A stretch of DNA of 63,056 nucleotides from Tissierellia bacterium (GTDB lineage: Bacteria; Bacillota; Clostridia; Tissierellales; Tepidimicrobiaceae), in the NCBI GenBank assembly GCA_012735405.1, contig JAAYHM010000143.1:1-63056 (forward strand), in the 5' to 3' direction. The first letter of the stretch is position 1; every line of letters begins with the position of its first letter. Below, one piece after another: positions 1-9,685 of this stretch. Below the pieces are notes generated by a model, which was given only the letters and a program-made list of their open reading frames with translations, ran no database searches and had not been told where the DNA came from. The position numbers and the translations under genes are program-made.

Positions 1-666
1 GCCTTTTTTTCTATTCTGGAAACATAGGACCTTGAAATACCTAACATGGATGCTATTTCTCTTTGAGTCATACAAACTCCGTCTACAAGTCCATACCTAA
101 GTTCCAGTATTTTCTTTTCCCTATCTTTTAAAACCTTATTTATAGCTTCATGCAGCTTTTTCTCCTGAAACTTTAAGTGAATTTCATCAGATATATCCTC
201 ATTGTCAATACCCAATATATCTAATAAGGAAATTTCATTTCCTTCCTTGTCCATTCCAATAGGTTCCTGTAAATATACCTCTCCTTTTAATTTTTTGTCA
301 GCCCTAATAGTCATTAAAATCTCATTTTCTATACAACGTGCAGCATAGGTTGCTAGTCTTGTGCCTTTACTTGCATCAAAGGTTGAAATAGCTTTAATAA
401 GCCCTATGGTGCCTATTGAAATCAAATCATCAACATCTTTTCCTGTATTATTATATTTTTTTACTATATGGGCAACCAACCTTAAATTCCGCTCTATTAA
501 AATATTGCGGGCACTTTCACTGCCCTCTGCATACTTTTTTAATAATTCTGCTTCTTCTTCTTTACTTAAGGGCTTAGGAAAAGAATTGGTATTTGAAATA
601 TAGCTGGATAATATTAAAAAAGGCTCTAAAAGCCCTTGAACAAAAGTAACTAGCGAATTAAGCATA
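1..666 (-). CDS. sigK: sporulation sigma factor SigK (pro-sigma-K); 3' end runs off the window
   Basis: Absent from the ORF track because it is open at the window edge. My minus-strand translation from ATG 666..664 (RBS GGAGGTG upstream) gives [97 protein letters not shown]. These are sigma-70 region 2 and 4 motifs plus the SYxxNxxFPxPLS junction of SigK/SigE. SigE is separately present at 44372..45085. Confidence 0.85.
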
Positions 667-669
667 AAG

Positions 670-727
670 GCACCTCCGTATACCTTCCATATTTAAAGTA
701 TATGTATGGAAGGTATTTCTGGTGCCA
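670..727 (-). promoter_or_regulatory. nested hairpin between PBP stop and sigK start; 3' arm overlaps the sigK Shine-Dalgarno
   Basis: 12-bp perfect inverted repeat ATACCTTCCATA (681..692) / TATGGAAGGTAT (705..716), flanked by an outer pair GGCACC (670..675) / GGTGCC (722..727). On the minus strand GGTGCC is the 3' part of the sigK RBS GGAGGTGCC. Confidence 0.5.
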
Positions 728-730
728 GTC

Positions 731-2389
731 CTACCTATTAATTTTATTAATTTCTCTAACCAATTTATCAAAAATTGGCACAGCAGATTGGGATCCAGAT
801 ATACCCCCTTCTACTAGCACAGTTATGACATATTTAGGTTTTTCTACAGGATAAAAACCTGTAAACCAGCCATGTATAGTCTCCTTTCCATTTAAAACAG
901 CTTGAGCAGAACCAGTTTTACCTGCTGCACCCCCTAAATAATCTAAATCTAAACTTTTGGCAGTTCCATAGTTAACTACATCTACTAAAAATTCCTTTAC
1001 AAGATTACATGTTTCTCTTGATAAAATTCTAATTTCTTCCTGCCTCTGGTACGGCTTAATCATCCTCCCATCTTCAGAGGTTATACCATCTACGATAGAT
1101 AAACCTTTCCTTACGCCATTATTGGCAATAATCATCATTAAATTTGTTATCTGCAAGGGAGTAACTTCAATACTACCTTGACCAATAGATATGTTTCCTA
1201 TGGCAGGTCCTTGTATTTCTTCCCCAACAGGAATATTCCCTTTTATTTCTTCCAATAAGCCAATATTTATTTTATCTCCAAATCCTAGTTTCTTTGCCAT
1301 GTTTATTATTTTTTGGCTACCTATTTCCTTGCCTAGCTGTATAAAAGCAGAATTACAAGACAAGGAAAAGGCCTCATTTATATCTATGTATCCATGGCCT
1401 TCAGTATTGTTGCAACTTATGACTACATTGCCTACCCTTTCATACCCGCTACAGTAAAAAATCCTATCTAAATATTCAATATTTTCCTCCAAAGCTGCCA
1501 AAAGAACCACTATTTTAAAAAGGGAGCCTGGGGGATAGCCCACTTGTATGGCCTTATTATAAAGGGTCATATCGTCCTTTTCCAGATATTCTCCAATATT
1601 GTCCTGATCAAAATTAGGCCTACTTACTAAGGCTACTATGTCTCCAGAATCTACTTCTGCAACAATAACTGCTCCATTTACATTATGCTTATCCATTATA
1701 TCTTCTGCTATTCTTTGTATATGATAGTCTATTGTAAGCTTTACACCACTAGGCTCCAGGGAGTTAACATTGCTGTGTACTTGATATTCTCCTCCCAGAA
1801 AAACATTTTGCCTGTCATCAATTTCTAAATAAAGATAATTTTTCTTGCTTTGATTTACAAGTATATCATCATATACCTTTTCTATGCCGTATTCTCCCCT
1901 ATTTTCACTTTTATTTATATAGCCAATAACATGGGATAGTAGGTTTTCATCTGAGTACCTGGTAACCCTTTCAGTAACAAAAATATCCTTACTATTAGGA
2001 ATAGTGTCTATCTTTTCATTTAGGGGTATTGATACTATTTTTCCCTTGAAGGAGGCATAGCCCATTAAATCTGAATAGGTTAGATTTGTGTTTTTAATTA
2101 TAAAATCCACCAGTTTTCTATCACTAATTATTTTCTCTCTAAATACTAATAGGGTGCTCTTTTTATTAGCATTTGTTAAAGGGATTAAATTTCTATCATA
2201 TATGGTTCCCCTATGAGGATATAAACTAATTTCTTCACTTCTTTGTCTTAAGGCTTCAGTTCTAAATCTATCGTGGCTTTTTATTTGTATCCAGTAGAGC
2301 CTTGCTGATAATAACATAAAGGCAAATAAGGTTATGAAGGCCAGTTGGATTAATCTTTTATGAATTATGTTTACTTCTTTTTTTCTCAT
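731..2389 (-). CDS. class B penicillin-binding protein (D,D-transpeptidase, PBP2/SpoVD-like, no PASTA domain)
   Basis: 552-aa ORF with N-terminal TM anchor and transpeptidase motifs SLFK (SxxK), SCN (SxN), KTGSA (KTG). ATG at 2389 with GGGGTGA RBS. Confidence 0.85.
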   Translation of the reverse strand: MRKKEVNIIHKRLIQLAFITLFAFMLLSARLYWIQIKSHDRFRTEALRQRSEEISLYPHRGTIYDRNLIPLTNANKKSTLLVFREKIISDRKLVDFIIKNTNLTYSDLMGYASFKGKIVSIPLNEKIDTIPNSKDIFVTERVTRYSDENLLSHVIGYINKSENRGEYGIEKVYDDILVNQSKKNYLYLEIDDRQNVFLGGEYQVHSNVNSLEPSGVKLTIDYHIQRIAEDIMDKHNVNGAVIVAEVDSGDIVALVSRPNFDQDNIGEYLEKDDMTLYNKAIQVGYPPGSLFKIVVLLAALEENIEYLDRIFYCSGYERVGNVVISCNNTEGHGYIDINEAFSLSCNSAFIQLGKEIGSQKIINMAKKLGFGDKINIGLLEEIKGNIPVGEEIQGPAIGNISIGQGSIEVTPLQITNLMMIIANNGVRKGLSIVDGITSEDGRMIKPYQRQEEIRILSRETCNLVKEFLVDVVNYGTAKSLDLDYLGGAAGKTGSAQAVLNGKETIHGWFTGFYPVEKPKYVITVLVEGGISGSQSAVPIFDKLVREINKINR

Positions 2390-2396
2390 AAATTCA

Positions 2397-2431
2397 CCCC
2401 ATTAACTAGATAGTATAACCAGTTAATGGGG
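2397..2431 (-). terminator. hairpin after udk; 3' arm overlaps the RBS of the PBP gene (weak U-tail)
   Basis: 11-bp perfect inverted repeat CCCCATTAACT (2397..2407) / AGTTAATGGGG (2421..2431). On the minus strand the downstream arm supplies the GGGGTGA Shine-Dalgarno. Confidence 0.4.
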
Positions 2432-2437
2432 AAATAA

Positions 2438-3058
2438 TCATTTATTCAGTATTGAATTTATCTTAGTAACTATTATATCTATTGCTACTTTATTGTAGCC
2501 GCCTTCAGGGATAATTATATCTGCATATTTTTTACTTGGCTCTACAAATTGAAGATGGGCAGGTCTTACAGTAGCCATATATTGTTCAATTACCGATTCC
2601 AAGGTTCTGCCTCTTTCCTTTATGTCTCTTAGTATCCTCCTTATTACCCTCACATCGGAATCAGTATCTACAAATATTTTTATATCACATAAATTCCTTA
2701 TTTCTTCATCATTTAGTATGAGTATCCCTTCTAAAATAATTATTTTCTTAGGGTATACTGTTATAGTTTCTTTCTTCCTATTATGCTTTTCAAAATCATA
2801 GATTGGTTTTTCAATAGGTTTATAGTTTAATAGGTTCTTTAAATGCTTTATGAGCAGTTCATTGTCAAAGGCTAAAGGGTGGTCATAATTGGTTTTTTCT
2901 CTTTCTTCAAAGGTTAAATGACTCTGATCCTTATAGTATGAATCCTGCTCTATAATACAAACATCTTCTTCTCCAATATGCCTTAATATTTCTCTAGAAA
3001 CAGTACTTTTCCCTGATCCAGTACCTCCCGTTATCCCTATTAATATGGGTTTATGCAT
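2438..3058 (-). CDS. udk: uridine kinase
   Basis: 206 aa. P-loop [12 protein letters not shown] plus the YYKDQSH and DTDSDVR motifs typical of Udk. Conserved position after the U32 gene, as in Bacillus yrrO-udk. Confidence 0.93.
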   Translation of the reverse strand: MHKPILIGITGGTGSGKSTVSREILRHIGEEDVCIIEQDSYYKDQSHLTFEEREKTNYDHPLAFDNELLIKHLKNLLNYKPIEKPIYDFEKHNRKKETITVYPKKIIILEGILILNDEEIRNLCDIKIFVDTDSDVRVIRRILRDIKERGRTLESVIEQYMATVRPAHLQFVEPSKKYADIIIPEGGYNKVAIDIIVTKINSILNK

Positions 3059-3062
3059 ATAA

Positions 3063-4292
3063 TCAATCCTTTCTTTTCTTTCTAATTATATACCAGGGCT
3101 CAACAGCTTCCTTCATCTTCATCTTTAATATCTGCTGTGGATGGGGGGCTGTATCAATTTCATTACCTTCCTCATCTAACATCAAATCAATGGTCTGGGT
3201 GAAAAAGTCCCTTCCTGGTCCAAATATTTCAACTTCATCACCCTTACACATTCTATTTCTTTGTTCAACAGTAGCAAGCTTTGTATCAGGATCATAATCC
3301 AATACAAGGCCTACGAAATCATAATTTCTTATATAGGTACTAGTTGTATAGATTTGGTCCTCCCCCGTAGGTTTCTTGAAAAAGAAGCCAGTAGTAAAAT
3401 CTCTATGGCTTGCTTTTTTTATCTCATCTAACCATTCCTCTTTAAATTTGTAGTTTTCCGGATCCTTAAGATATTCATCTATAGCCATTCTGTAGGAACG
3501 AAGTACAGTTGCCACATAATAAGAGCTTTTGACTCTGCCTTCTATTTTGAAACTTTTTATACCTGCTTCTATTAGCTCTGGAATATGCTCTATCATGCAT
3601 AAATCCTTTGAATTAAATATATAGGTGCCTTTGTCATCCTCATAGACTGGAAAGTATTCACCTGGTCTTTTTTCTTCCATTAGGTAATATTTCCATCTGC
3701 AGGCCTGGGCACAGTCTCCCCTATTAGCATCTCTACCTGTCATATAGTTGCTTAATAAGCATCTGCCTGAATAGGAAATACACATGGAGCCATGTACAAA
3801 GGTTTCAATTTCAAGATCCTTTGGTGCCCTATCTATAATTTCCTTTATTTCTTTTAAGGATAATTCCCTTGCTAATACAATTCTTCGTATTCCTAGATTA
3901 TACCAAAACATTACCGTTTCATAATTGGTTACACTAGCTTGAGTACTTAAATGGATAGGCAAGTCTGGTACAGCTTTTCTTATAAGTGTCATTACTCCCG
4001 GATCAGATACTATTACAGCATCTACGCCTAAATTATATAGCTTTCTTACATAATCCTCTAAGCCCATTAAATCCTCATTATGAGGTATTATGTTCATGGT
4101 AATATATACCTTTTTATTTCTTTCATGGGCATATTCAATTCCTTCTTTTAATTCTTCCAAGGTAAAATTTTTAGATGCCTTTCTTAAACCAAATCTGTCT
4201 CCACCTAAATAAACAGCGTCAGCTCCATAGTTAATAGCCATTTTAAATTTTTCCAAATCTCCAGCAGGTGCTAATAATTCTGGTTTGTTCAT
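3063..4292 (-). CDS. peptidase U32 family protein (YrrN/YrrO / TrhP-like, tRNA U34 hydroxylation family)
   Basis: 409 aa. U32 signature region (ELLAPAGD.., [11 protein letters not shown]). Sits in the mltG-methyltransferase-U32-udk synteny known from B. subtilis. Confidence 0.85.
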   Translation of the reverse strand: MNKPELLAPAGDLEKFKMAINYGADAVYLGGDRFGLRKASKNFTLEELKEGIEYAHERNKKVYITMNIIPHNEDLMGLEDYVRKLYNLGVDAVIVSDPGVMTLIRKAVPDLPIHLSTQASVTNYETVMFWYNLGIRRIVLARELSLKEIKEIIDRAPKDLEIETFVHGSMCISYSGRCLLSNYMTGRDANRGDCAQACRWKYYLMEEKRPGEYFPVYEDDKGTYIFNSKDLCMIEHIPELIEAGIKSFKIEGRVKSSYYVATVLRSYRMAIDEYLKDPENYKFKEEWLDEIKKASHRDFTTGFFFKKPTGEDQIYTTSTYIRNYDFVGLVLDYDPDTKLATVEQRNRMCKGDEVEIFGPGRDFFTQTIDLMLDEEGNEIDTAPHPQQILKMKMKEAVEPWYIIRKKRKD

Positions 4293-4296
4293 ATAT

Positions 4297-4938
4297 TTAC
4301 TCCTCCCTATATGTTATAGACACGCCATCACCTATAGGAATGACACATGTCTCGAAATTTTCCAAGTTATTTATATATTTAAGATACTTTCTTAATCTAT
4401 TCACAATAGTTTTTTTTCGTCTTACAACTAGTTTATCAGAAGCCACCATTCCCTTGTATAGTACATTATCAGATATTATAATACCGCCAATATTAAGTAG
4501 TTTGGCACAATCACTAAAAAAATCTAAATATTGACCCTTTGCTGCATCTAAAAATATAAAATCATATTTGGCCTTTAAATATTTCAGTATCTCTTGTGCT
4601 TCCCCATAAAAGACCTTAATCCTATGGTCGTATGCAGCCTTCTTAATATTCTGTCTAGCTATATAAACCATATCATCATTTCTTTCAATGGTGTCTATTA
4701 TACAGCTATCCTCTGTAGATGAGGCCATAAGAATAGCAGAATATCCTATAGCTGTTCCTACTTCTAATATTCTCTTGGGCTTATGAATTTTTAATAATAC
4801 TTTTAATAGCTGGGCCACTTCCCTTTCAACTATTGGAATATTATGCTCTAAAGCATATTCTTCCAATTCTTTCAAAATCCCTTCATGGGGAGGGAATAAG
4901 CTTCTTATATAGCTTTCTACATATTCTTCATTAATCAA
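4297..4938 (-). CDS. class I SAM-dependent O-methyltransferase (YrrM/TrmR-like)
   Basis: 213 aa. SAM motif ILEVGTAIGYS and DFIFLDAAK. TTG start at 4938 with AAGGAGG RBS 7 nt upstream. Synteny with the U32 gene. Confidence 0.8.
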   Translation of the reverse strand: MINEEYVESYIRSLFPPHEGILKELEEYALEHNIPIVEREVAQLLKVLLKIHKPKRILEVGTAIGYSAILMASSTEDSCIIDTIERNDDMVYIARQNIKKAAYDHRIKVFYGEAQEILKYLKAKYDFIFLDAAKGQYLDFFSDCAKLLNIGGIIISDNVLYKGMVASDKLVVRRKKTIVNRLRKYLKYINNLENFETCVIPIGDGVSITYREE

Positions 4939-4960
4939 TCTACAACCTCCTTGACATAAT

Positions 4961-4985
4961 TAATACGTGGTTAAACCACGTATTA
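4961..4985 (-). terminator. palindromic hairpin after mltG (poor U-tail)
   Basis: TAATACGTGG (4961..4970) / CCACGTATTA (4976..4985), 10-bp perfect stem with a 5-nt loop. Confidence 0.35.
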
Positions 4986-4989
4986 AAAT

Positions 4990-6069
4990 TTATTTGCTAG
5001 GATCTGCATTTATATGCTCTTCATAGGTCACTGAAAAGATATGTCCGCCTGAGCCATCTTCCTTTGCCCTAAAGTACAAATAATCTACATCTGCTGGGTT
5101 AAGGGCTGCAATTAAGGACTTTTCTCCAGGTGAAGCAATTGGTGTAGGAGGTAATCCACTGTGTATATAGGTATTATAAATAGAATCTATTTGCACATCC
5201 TCCCTTGAAAGATTTTCCTTCCTTTCTCCCAACACATATTGGACTGTTGCACAGGACTGTAAGGGCATGTTTATCCTTAATCTATTGTGGAAAACTCCAG
5301 ATATTAAATGTCTTTCATCATCCCTTTTAGCTTCCCTTTCAATAATAGAAGCTAAAGTAACTACTTCATTTAAGGTCATGTCAACCTTATTCATTTCCTC
5401 TTTCAAAATTTCTTCATATTCCTGCTGAAATTTTGAAAGCATCTTTTCAATAATCTCTTCTTCAGTTGAATCTACATATATTTCATAAGTTGCTGGAAAT
5501 AGATAACCTTCAAGGCTTTGACCCTTATTTAATTCCTTTAGGAAGGGAAATTTATCTTCAAAATTTGCCTTATCAGATACTAAATCCATAAATCTGTCAA
5601 AGTCAACTAAACCCTCATCAGATAATTTTTTAGCCATGTCCTTCAACTCGTATCCTTCAGGGATAGTAAATTTGACCACATTATTATTCTTTCCTCCCCT
5701 GGATAGAGAGTCTATAATTTCATACAGAGACATGGAAGTATTTAATACATAAGAACCTGCTTTTAATGAGGATTCAGCATTTTTCTTCTTTAAGGCTATT
5801 CTAAAAATTAACTCATTCCTAATCAAGCCATTATCTTCCAGTATTTTAGCAATTTCCTTGGAAGTGCTTCCTAAGGGTATTTCAAGAGAAATATCCTTGG
5901 GATTTTCTACTTCCATAGGAAGAATGGCCTTATTGTAATATGACATAGCCATTCCTGCAGTTAATATAAAAACAAGTATTATTAATATCAAACCTATTTT
6001 TAGTTTTTTATACTTTCTTCTGTTGAGTTTTTTTGTGCCTATCACAAAATCTCCACCTTTAATAGACAT
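4990..6069 (-). CDS. mltG: endolytic murein transglycosylase MltG (YceG-like)
   Basis: 359 aa. N-terminal TM then YceG-like domain (LASIIEREA, FHNRL, LQSCATVQY, YNTY..GLPP.PI.SPG). Confidence 0.9.
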   Translation of the reverse strand: MSIKGGDFVIGTKKLNRRKYKKLKIGLILIILVFILTAGMAMSYYNKAILPMEVENPKDISLEIPLGSTSKEIAKILEDNGLIRNELIFRIALKKKNAESSLKAGSYVLNTSMSLYEIIDSLSRGGKNNNVVKFTIPEGYELKDMAKKLSDEGLVDFDRFMDLVSDKANFEDKFPFLKELNKGQSLEGYLFPATYEIYVDSTEEEIIEKMLSKFQQEYEEILKEEMNKVDMTLNEVVTLASIIEREAKRDDERHLISGVFHNRLRINMPLQSCATVQYVLGERKENLSREDVQIDSIYNTYIHSGLPPTPIASPGEKSLIAALNPADVDYLYFRAKEDGSGGHIFSVTYEEHINADPSK

Positions 6070-6113
6070 TTATCTTTTTAATTATACAATTTTGTTTATT
6101 AGATTACAAGGTA

Positions 6114-6599
6114 TTATCTTTTTTCTAAATAAACTTTTGTTTTTTCATAGGCTGATAGCATCACATATCCAAATATAACAATGGATGCAATTTCACCAGC
6201 AGCAATTCCTAAAACTGTAAACAAATAGGGAACCTTTGTAAAATAAGAAACCCATATGGATACTATTAAGCCATTTAATATTATAGGTGGTAATGCAGCC
6301 ATTAATTTATTAGGCATTTTGCTAGTTAAATAGGCAGCAATTAAGGTAACTAAACTTCCTCCAATTATATCCACTAAACCAAAGGAAGAATAGCTGGAAA
6401 GTATTATATTTGATATAAGGCATCCAATAAATAATCCTGGAATTGCAGCCGTTTCAATAAAGGGAAGCAGGGTCAAACCTTCTGCTAATCTTAACTGGAC
6501 TGGACCAAATGCTAAGGATCCCATTGGTATTTGTATTAAAACCAGTATTATATATATGGCTGCAATCAAGCTAGCTTTAGTAAGAAACTTAGTATTCAT
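6114..6599 (-). CDS. queT: QueT family queuosine-precursor transporter (ECF S-component-like)
   Basis: 161 aa, five or six TM segments. N-terminal TKFLTKASLIAAIYIILV..GPVQLRLAEGLTLLP matches the QueT family as I remember it. Confidence 0.7.
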   Translation of the reverse strand: MNTKFLTKASLIAAIYIILVLIQIPMGSLAFGPVQLRLAEGLTLLPFIETAAIPGLFIGCLISNIILSSYSSFGLVDIIGGSLVTLIAAYLTSKMPNKLMAALPPIILNGLIVSIWVSYFTKVPYLFTVLGIAAGEIASIVIFGYVMLSAYEKTKVYLEKR

Positions 6600-6615
6600 T
6601 ACTATTCCTCCTTTA

Positions 6616-6966
6616 TTATTGTTTACCTATACCTAGGTCCATATCTATAGCTTCTCCAATTATTTTAGTAATATCTTGTATTAATTGAGAAAATCTATAC
6701 TCCGCAATTAGAAACTCATTAATTGATGGATTGTGCCTTAATATTTCTTCCAAATTTTTAAGCTTCTCTAGTTCCTTTTCTTCTATCTCCTTATCTGACA
6801 ATTTCTTCATTTGTAATTCTAAAAGCTGCATTCTATAATCTTCTAACATTTTCTTGTTTCCTTCATTGCTGTATACAATTTTTTTCTTCTCTCTATAATT
6901 TCTGTATTGGTCAGAATTCATAATTGCTCTTTTTAATTGATGGGCTAAATCATAAACATTACTCAT
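6616..6966 (-). CDS. YlbF/YmcA/YheA family (UPF0342) regulatory protein
   Basis: The ORF track gives 6616..6999. I prefer ATG 6966 (MSNVYDLAHQLKRAI..) because of the AGGGGGG RBS. Helical and coiled-coil-rich, typical of the family. Confidence 0.65.
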   Translation of the reverse strand: MSNVYDLAHQLKRAIMNSDQYRNYREKKKIVYSNEGNKKMLEDYRMQLLELQMKKLSDKEIEEKELEKLKNLEEILRHNPSINEFLIAEYRFSQLIQDITKIIGEAIDMDLGIGKQ

Positions 6967-7114
6967 ATTGACCCCCCTAAGTTTAAATATTATAGGCAAT
7001 ATAAGTATAATACGATTTATTATCCCAGTCTACATTTATTATAACATCATATAGGACAAATATCATTTATAATGCAGAAATTTCACTTAAAAACATATAA
7101 TAGTTGATATATAG

Positions 7115-7150
7115 TTGAAAAATCCTAACATATGAATATGTTAGGATTTT
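7115..7150 (-). terminator. rho-independent terminator after rnj
   Basis: 13-bp stem AATCCTAACATAT (7121..7133) / ATATGTTAGGATT (7136..7148), followed on the minus strand by a U-run. Confidence 0.75.
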
Positions 7151-7160
7151 CAAACTTAAA

Positions 7161-8828
7161 TTATACTTCCATTATTATTGGTAAAATCATTGGATTTCTC
7201 TTAATCTTTTCATACAGGAATTTTCTTAAGGAATCTCTTATACTTGATTTCAATGTAGACCAATCTGTAATATTCCTTTTCTCACATTCACTCAATGCAG
7301 CCTTAACAACATTTCTTGCCTCTTCCATCAAATCTTCTGATTCTCTAACATATACAAATCCTCTGGATATTATATCTGGACCGGCAATTACTTTTCCTTC
7401 CTGTTTACTCATGGTAACAACTACAACCATTAAACCATCTTCGGATAAGTGCTTTCTATCTCTCAGTACAATATTGCCAACATCACCTACTCCTAGACCA
7501 TCCACTAATATGTTGCCTGCAGGTACAGATTGGGTAATAGTTCCAGTATTTTTTGTAAACTCTATTACATCACCATTGTTAGCTATAAATATATTTTCCT
7601 TTGGCATTCCTAATTCCATGGCCAATTCTGCATGCCTTTTTAAATGCCTAAACTCACCATGAACTGGTATGAAAAATTTTGGTTTTAAGAGTGTATGCAT
7701 AAGTTTAAGCTCTTCTTGGCAGGCATGGCCAGATACGTGTACGTCTGCCAATGACTCATATATAACCTTGGTACCAATTTCAATAAGTCTATTTATAACT
7801 TTAAATACAGTTTTTTCATTGCCAGGTATTGGTGATGCAGAAACTACAACTGTATCCTCTGGTACTAGCTGAATTTTTTTATGCTCGGAAAAAGCCATCC
7901 TTGACAGTGCAGACATTGTCTCTCCTTGACTGCCAGTAGTCAAAATAACCAGTTCATTATTTTTATATTTATTCATATCATTTATATCAATTAAGGTTCC
8001 TTCTTCCATTTTTATATATCCTAGTTCACAAGCCACATTTAAGGTATTTATCATACTTCTGCCTGAGACAGTCACCTTTCTACCGTACTTTTCTGCTGCA
8101 TTTATCACTTGTTGAATTCTGTGAATGTTGGAGGCAAAGGTTGCTACAATTATTCTTTCCTCTGCTTTTGAAAATATATCATTAAAGGTATCTCCTACAG
8201 TCCTTTCTGACATGGTGTATCCAGGTCTTTCAACATTAGTGCTGTCTGCTAATAAAACTAATACTCCCTTTCTTCCCAACTCAGCAAACCTGTGTAGATC
8301 AATGGTTTCTTCATTTATAGGAGTAAAATCAATTTTAAAATCTCCTGTATGAACCACCATACCTACCGGTGTATTAATTGCTATTGCAACAGAGTCTGGT
8401 ATGCTGTGGGTTGTTCTAATAAACTCTATTGAAAAGGAACCCAGTTTTAGTTTATCCCCTGCTTTTACCTGTACTAAATTGACCTTATTATTTAAATTAT
8501 GTTCCTTTAATTTATTATCTAATAGGCCTAATGTTAGCCTAGTACCATAAACAGGAACATTTAGCTCTTTAAGAAAATATGGTAAACCTCCAATGTGATC
8601 TTCATGTCCGTGGGTCAATAGTATTCCTCTTATTTTGCTTTTATTTTTTATTAAATAAGTTATATCAGGAATTGCTATGTCTATTCCCAGCATGTCATCT
8701 TCTGGGAAAAGCATACCACAATCTATAACAACAATATCATCTTTATATTCAATAACAGTAATATTTTTTCCTATTTCTCTAAGTCCACCTAATGGTATGA
8801 TTTTTAGTTTATTTGTTTTCCTCGACAC
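7161..8828 (-). CDS. rnj: ribonuclease J
   Basis: 555 aa. Metallo-beta-lactamase motif THGHEDHIGG, beta-CASP and C-terminal domain. GTG start with GGAG RBS. Confidence 0.93.
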   Translation of the reverse strand: MSRKTNKLKIIPLGGLREIGKNITVIEYKDDIVVIDCGMLFPEDDMLGIDIAIPDITYLIKNKSKIRGILLTHGHEDHIGGLPYFLKELNVPVYGTRLTLGLLDNKLKEHNLNNKVNLVQVKAGDKLKLGSFSIEFIRTTHSIPDSVAIAINTPVGMVVHTGDFKIDFTPINEETIDLHRFAELGRKGVLVLLADSTNVERPGYTMSERTVGDTFNDIFSKAEERIIVATFASNIHRIQQVINAAEKYGRKVTVSGRSMINTLNVACELGYIKMEEGTLIDINDMNKYKNNELVILTTGSQGETMSALSRMAFSEHKKIQLVPEDTVVVSASPIPGNEKTVFKVINRLIEIGTKVIYESLADVHVSGHACQEELKLMHTLLKPKFFIPVHGEFRHLKRHAELAMELGMPKENIFIANNGDVIEFTKNTGTITQSVPAGNILVDGLGVGDVGNIVLRDRKHLSEDGLMVVVVTMSKQEGKVIAGPDIISRGFVYVRESEDLMEEARNVVKAALSECEKRNITDWSTLKSSIRDSLRKFLYEKIKRNPMILPIIMEV

Positions 8829-8903
8829 TTTATCATCTCCTTTTATATTAATTTTTCCATTTGTATTATTTATATGAATACATACCCGCTGTAAAATATC
8901 TCT

Positions 8904-8929
8904 AAAAAAATAAACCCTATAAAGGGTTT
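8904..8929 (-). terminator. rho-independent terminator after fur-family gene
   Basis: AAACCCT (8912..8918) / AGGGTTT (8923..8929), followed by U7 on the minus strand. Confidence 0.7.
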
Positions 8930-9365
8930 ACTTTTCACAGTCTGAACAATACCCGAAAAATTTAACATTGTGATCTACTATACTGAAACCATACTCCCTT
9001 TCAATTTCATTTTCCAGCGTTTCCAATAAATCCATCTTGACCTCTATAACCTTGCCACAATTTAAACATATTAAATGATGATGTTGGTGCTGCTCTGTAT
9101 CATAAATTAATTCATATCTATTATAACCATCATCAAAATTCACCCTGCAGACTATGTTCAATTTTTCAAATAATTGTAAAGTCCTATATACTGTTGCTAT
9201 ACCAATATCAGGGCATTTTAGCTTAACAATATTATAAATTTCTTCTGGATTTAAATGCTTTTCGTGGTTTTCTAAAATAGCATCAAGTATTGCCTTTCTT
9301 TGTGTAGTTAATTTATACCCTTCTTCTTTCAAGATTTCTTTAACATCTTTTACATTTATATCCAT
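8928..9365 (-). CDS. Fur family transcriptional regulator (Fur/PerR/Zur subtype not resolvable)
   Basis: 145 aa. Winged helix (ATVYRTL), HHHHLICLNCGK and CSDC metal-site motifs. Confidence 0.85.
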   Translation of the reverse strand: MDINVKDVKEILKEEGYKLTTQRKAILDAILENHEKHLNPEEIYNIVKLKCPDIGIATVYRTLQLFEKLNIVCRVNFDDGYNRYELIYDTEQHQHHHLICLNCGKVIEVKMDLLETLENEIEREYGFSIVDHNVKFFGYCSDCEK

Positions 9366-9394
9366 ATTTTCACCTGCTTATAGTTCTCAATACT

Positions 9395-9423
9395 AGCATA
9401 CTAATATTAGCCACACTTGTCAA
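9395..9423 (-). promoter_or_regulatory. sigma-A type promoter of the fur-family gene, with a 10-bp palindrome in the spacer
   Basis: Minus strand reads TTGACA (9423..9418), 17 nt, TATGCT (9400..9395). The spacer contains the perfect palindrome CTAATATTAG (9401..9410), a possible autoregulatory operator. Confidence 0.5.
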
Positions 9424-9432
9424 GCCATGTAT

Positions 9433-9681
9433 TCATTGCAATCTTTCTTTTCTAATTTCTTCATAGGCTTCTTTTACATCCTTATACTCTTGATCATTAT
9501 CTAGGGGTACCAGAATAGTTCCCCCATTTTCATCTAACTCAAATCTTAAAAATATTTCTTTTTTCAAATCATCCATAGGTATTAAAGCAGCATAGTTTGA
9601 ATCATCCAAGCCAAAAGTCATTACCAATTGGAATTCAACCTTATTGCCCATTTCGTCTAGTAAAACTATTTTTTCTTGCAT
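9433..9681 (-). CDS. DUF1292 family protein (YrzB-like)
   Basis: 82 aa, acidic. Pattern DEMGNKVEFQLV..ALIPMDD, and conserved position next to ruvX. Confidence 0.75.
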   Translation of the reverse strand: MQEKIVLLDEMGNKVEFQLVMTFGLDDSNYAALIPMDDLKKEIFLRFELDENGGTILVPLDNDQEYKDVKEAYEEIRKERLQ

Positions 9682-9685
9682 ATTA

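Noticed and set aside
6967-7110. Possible preQ1 riboswitch upstream of the ylbF-queT pair, since queT genes often carry one.
   Set aside because: Only a weak AU stem (AUAUU/AAUAU) with a possible CCUA:UAGG pseudoknot was found. The conserved preQ1-I core is not recognisable, and queT is separated from the leader by another gene with only 16 nt before queT. An Infernal scan would settle it.
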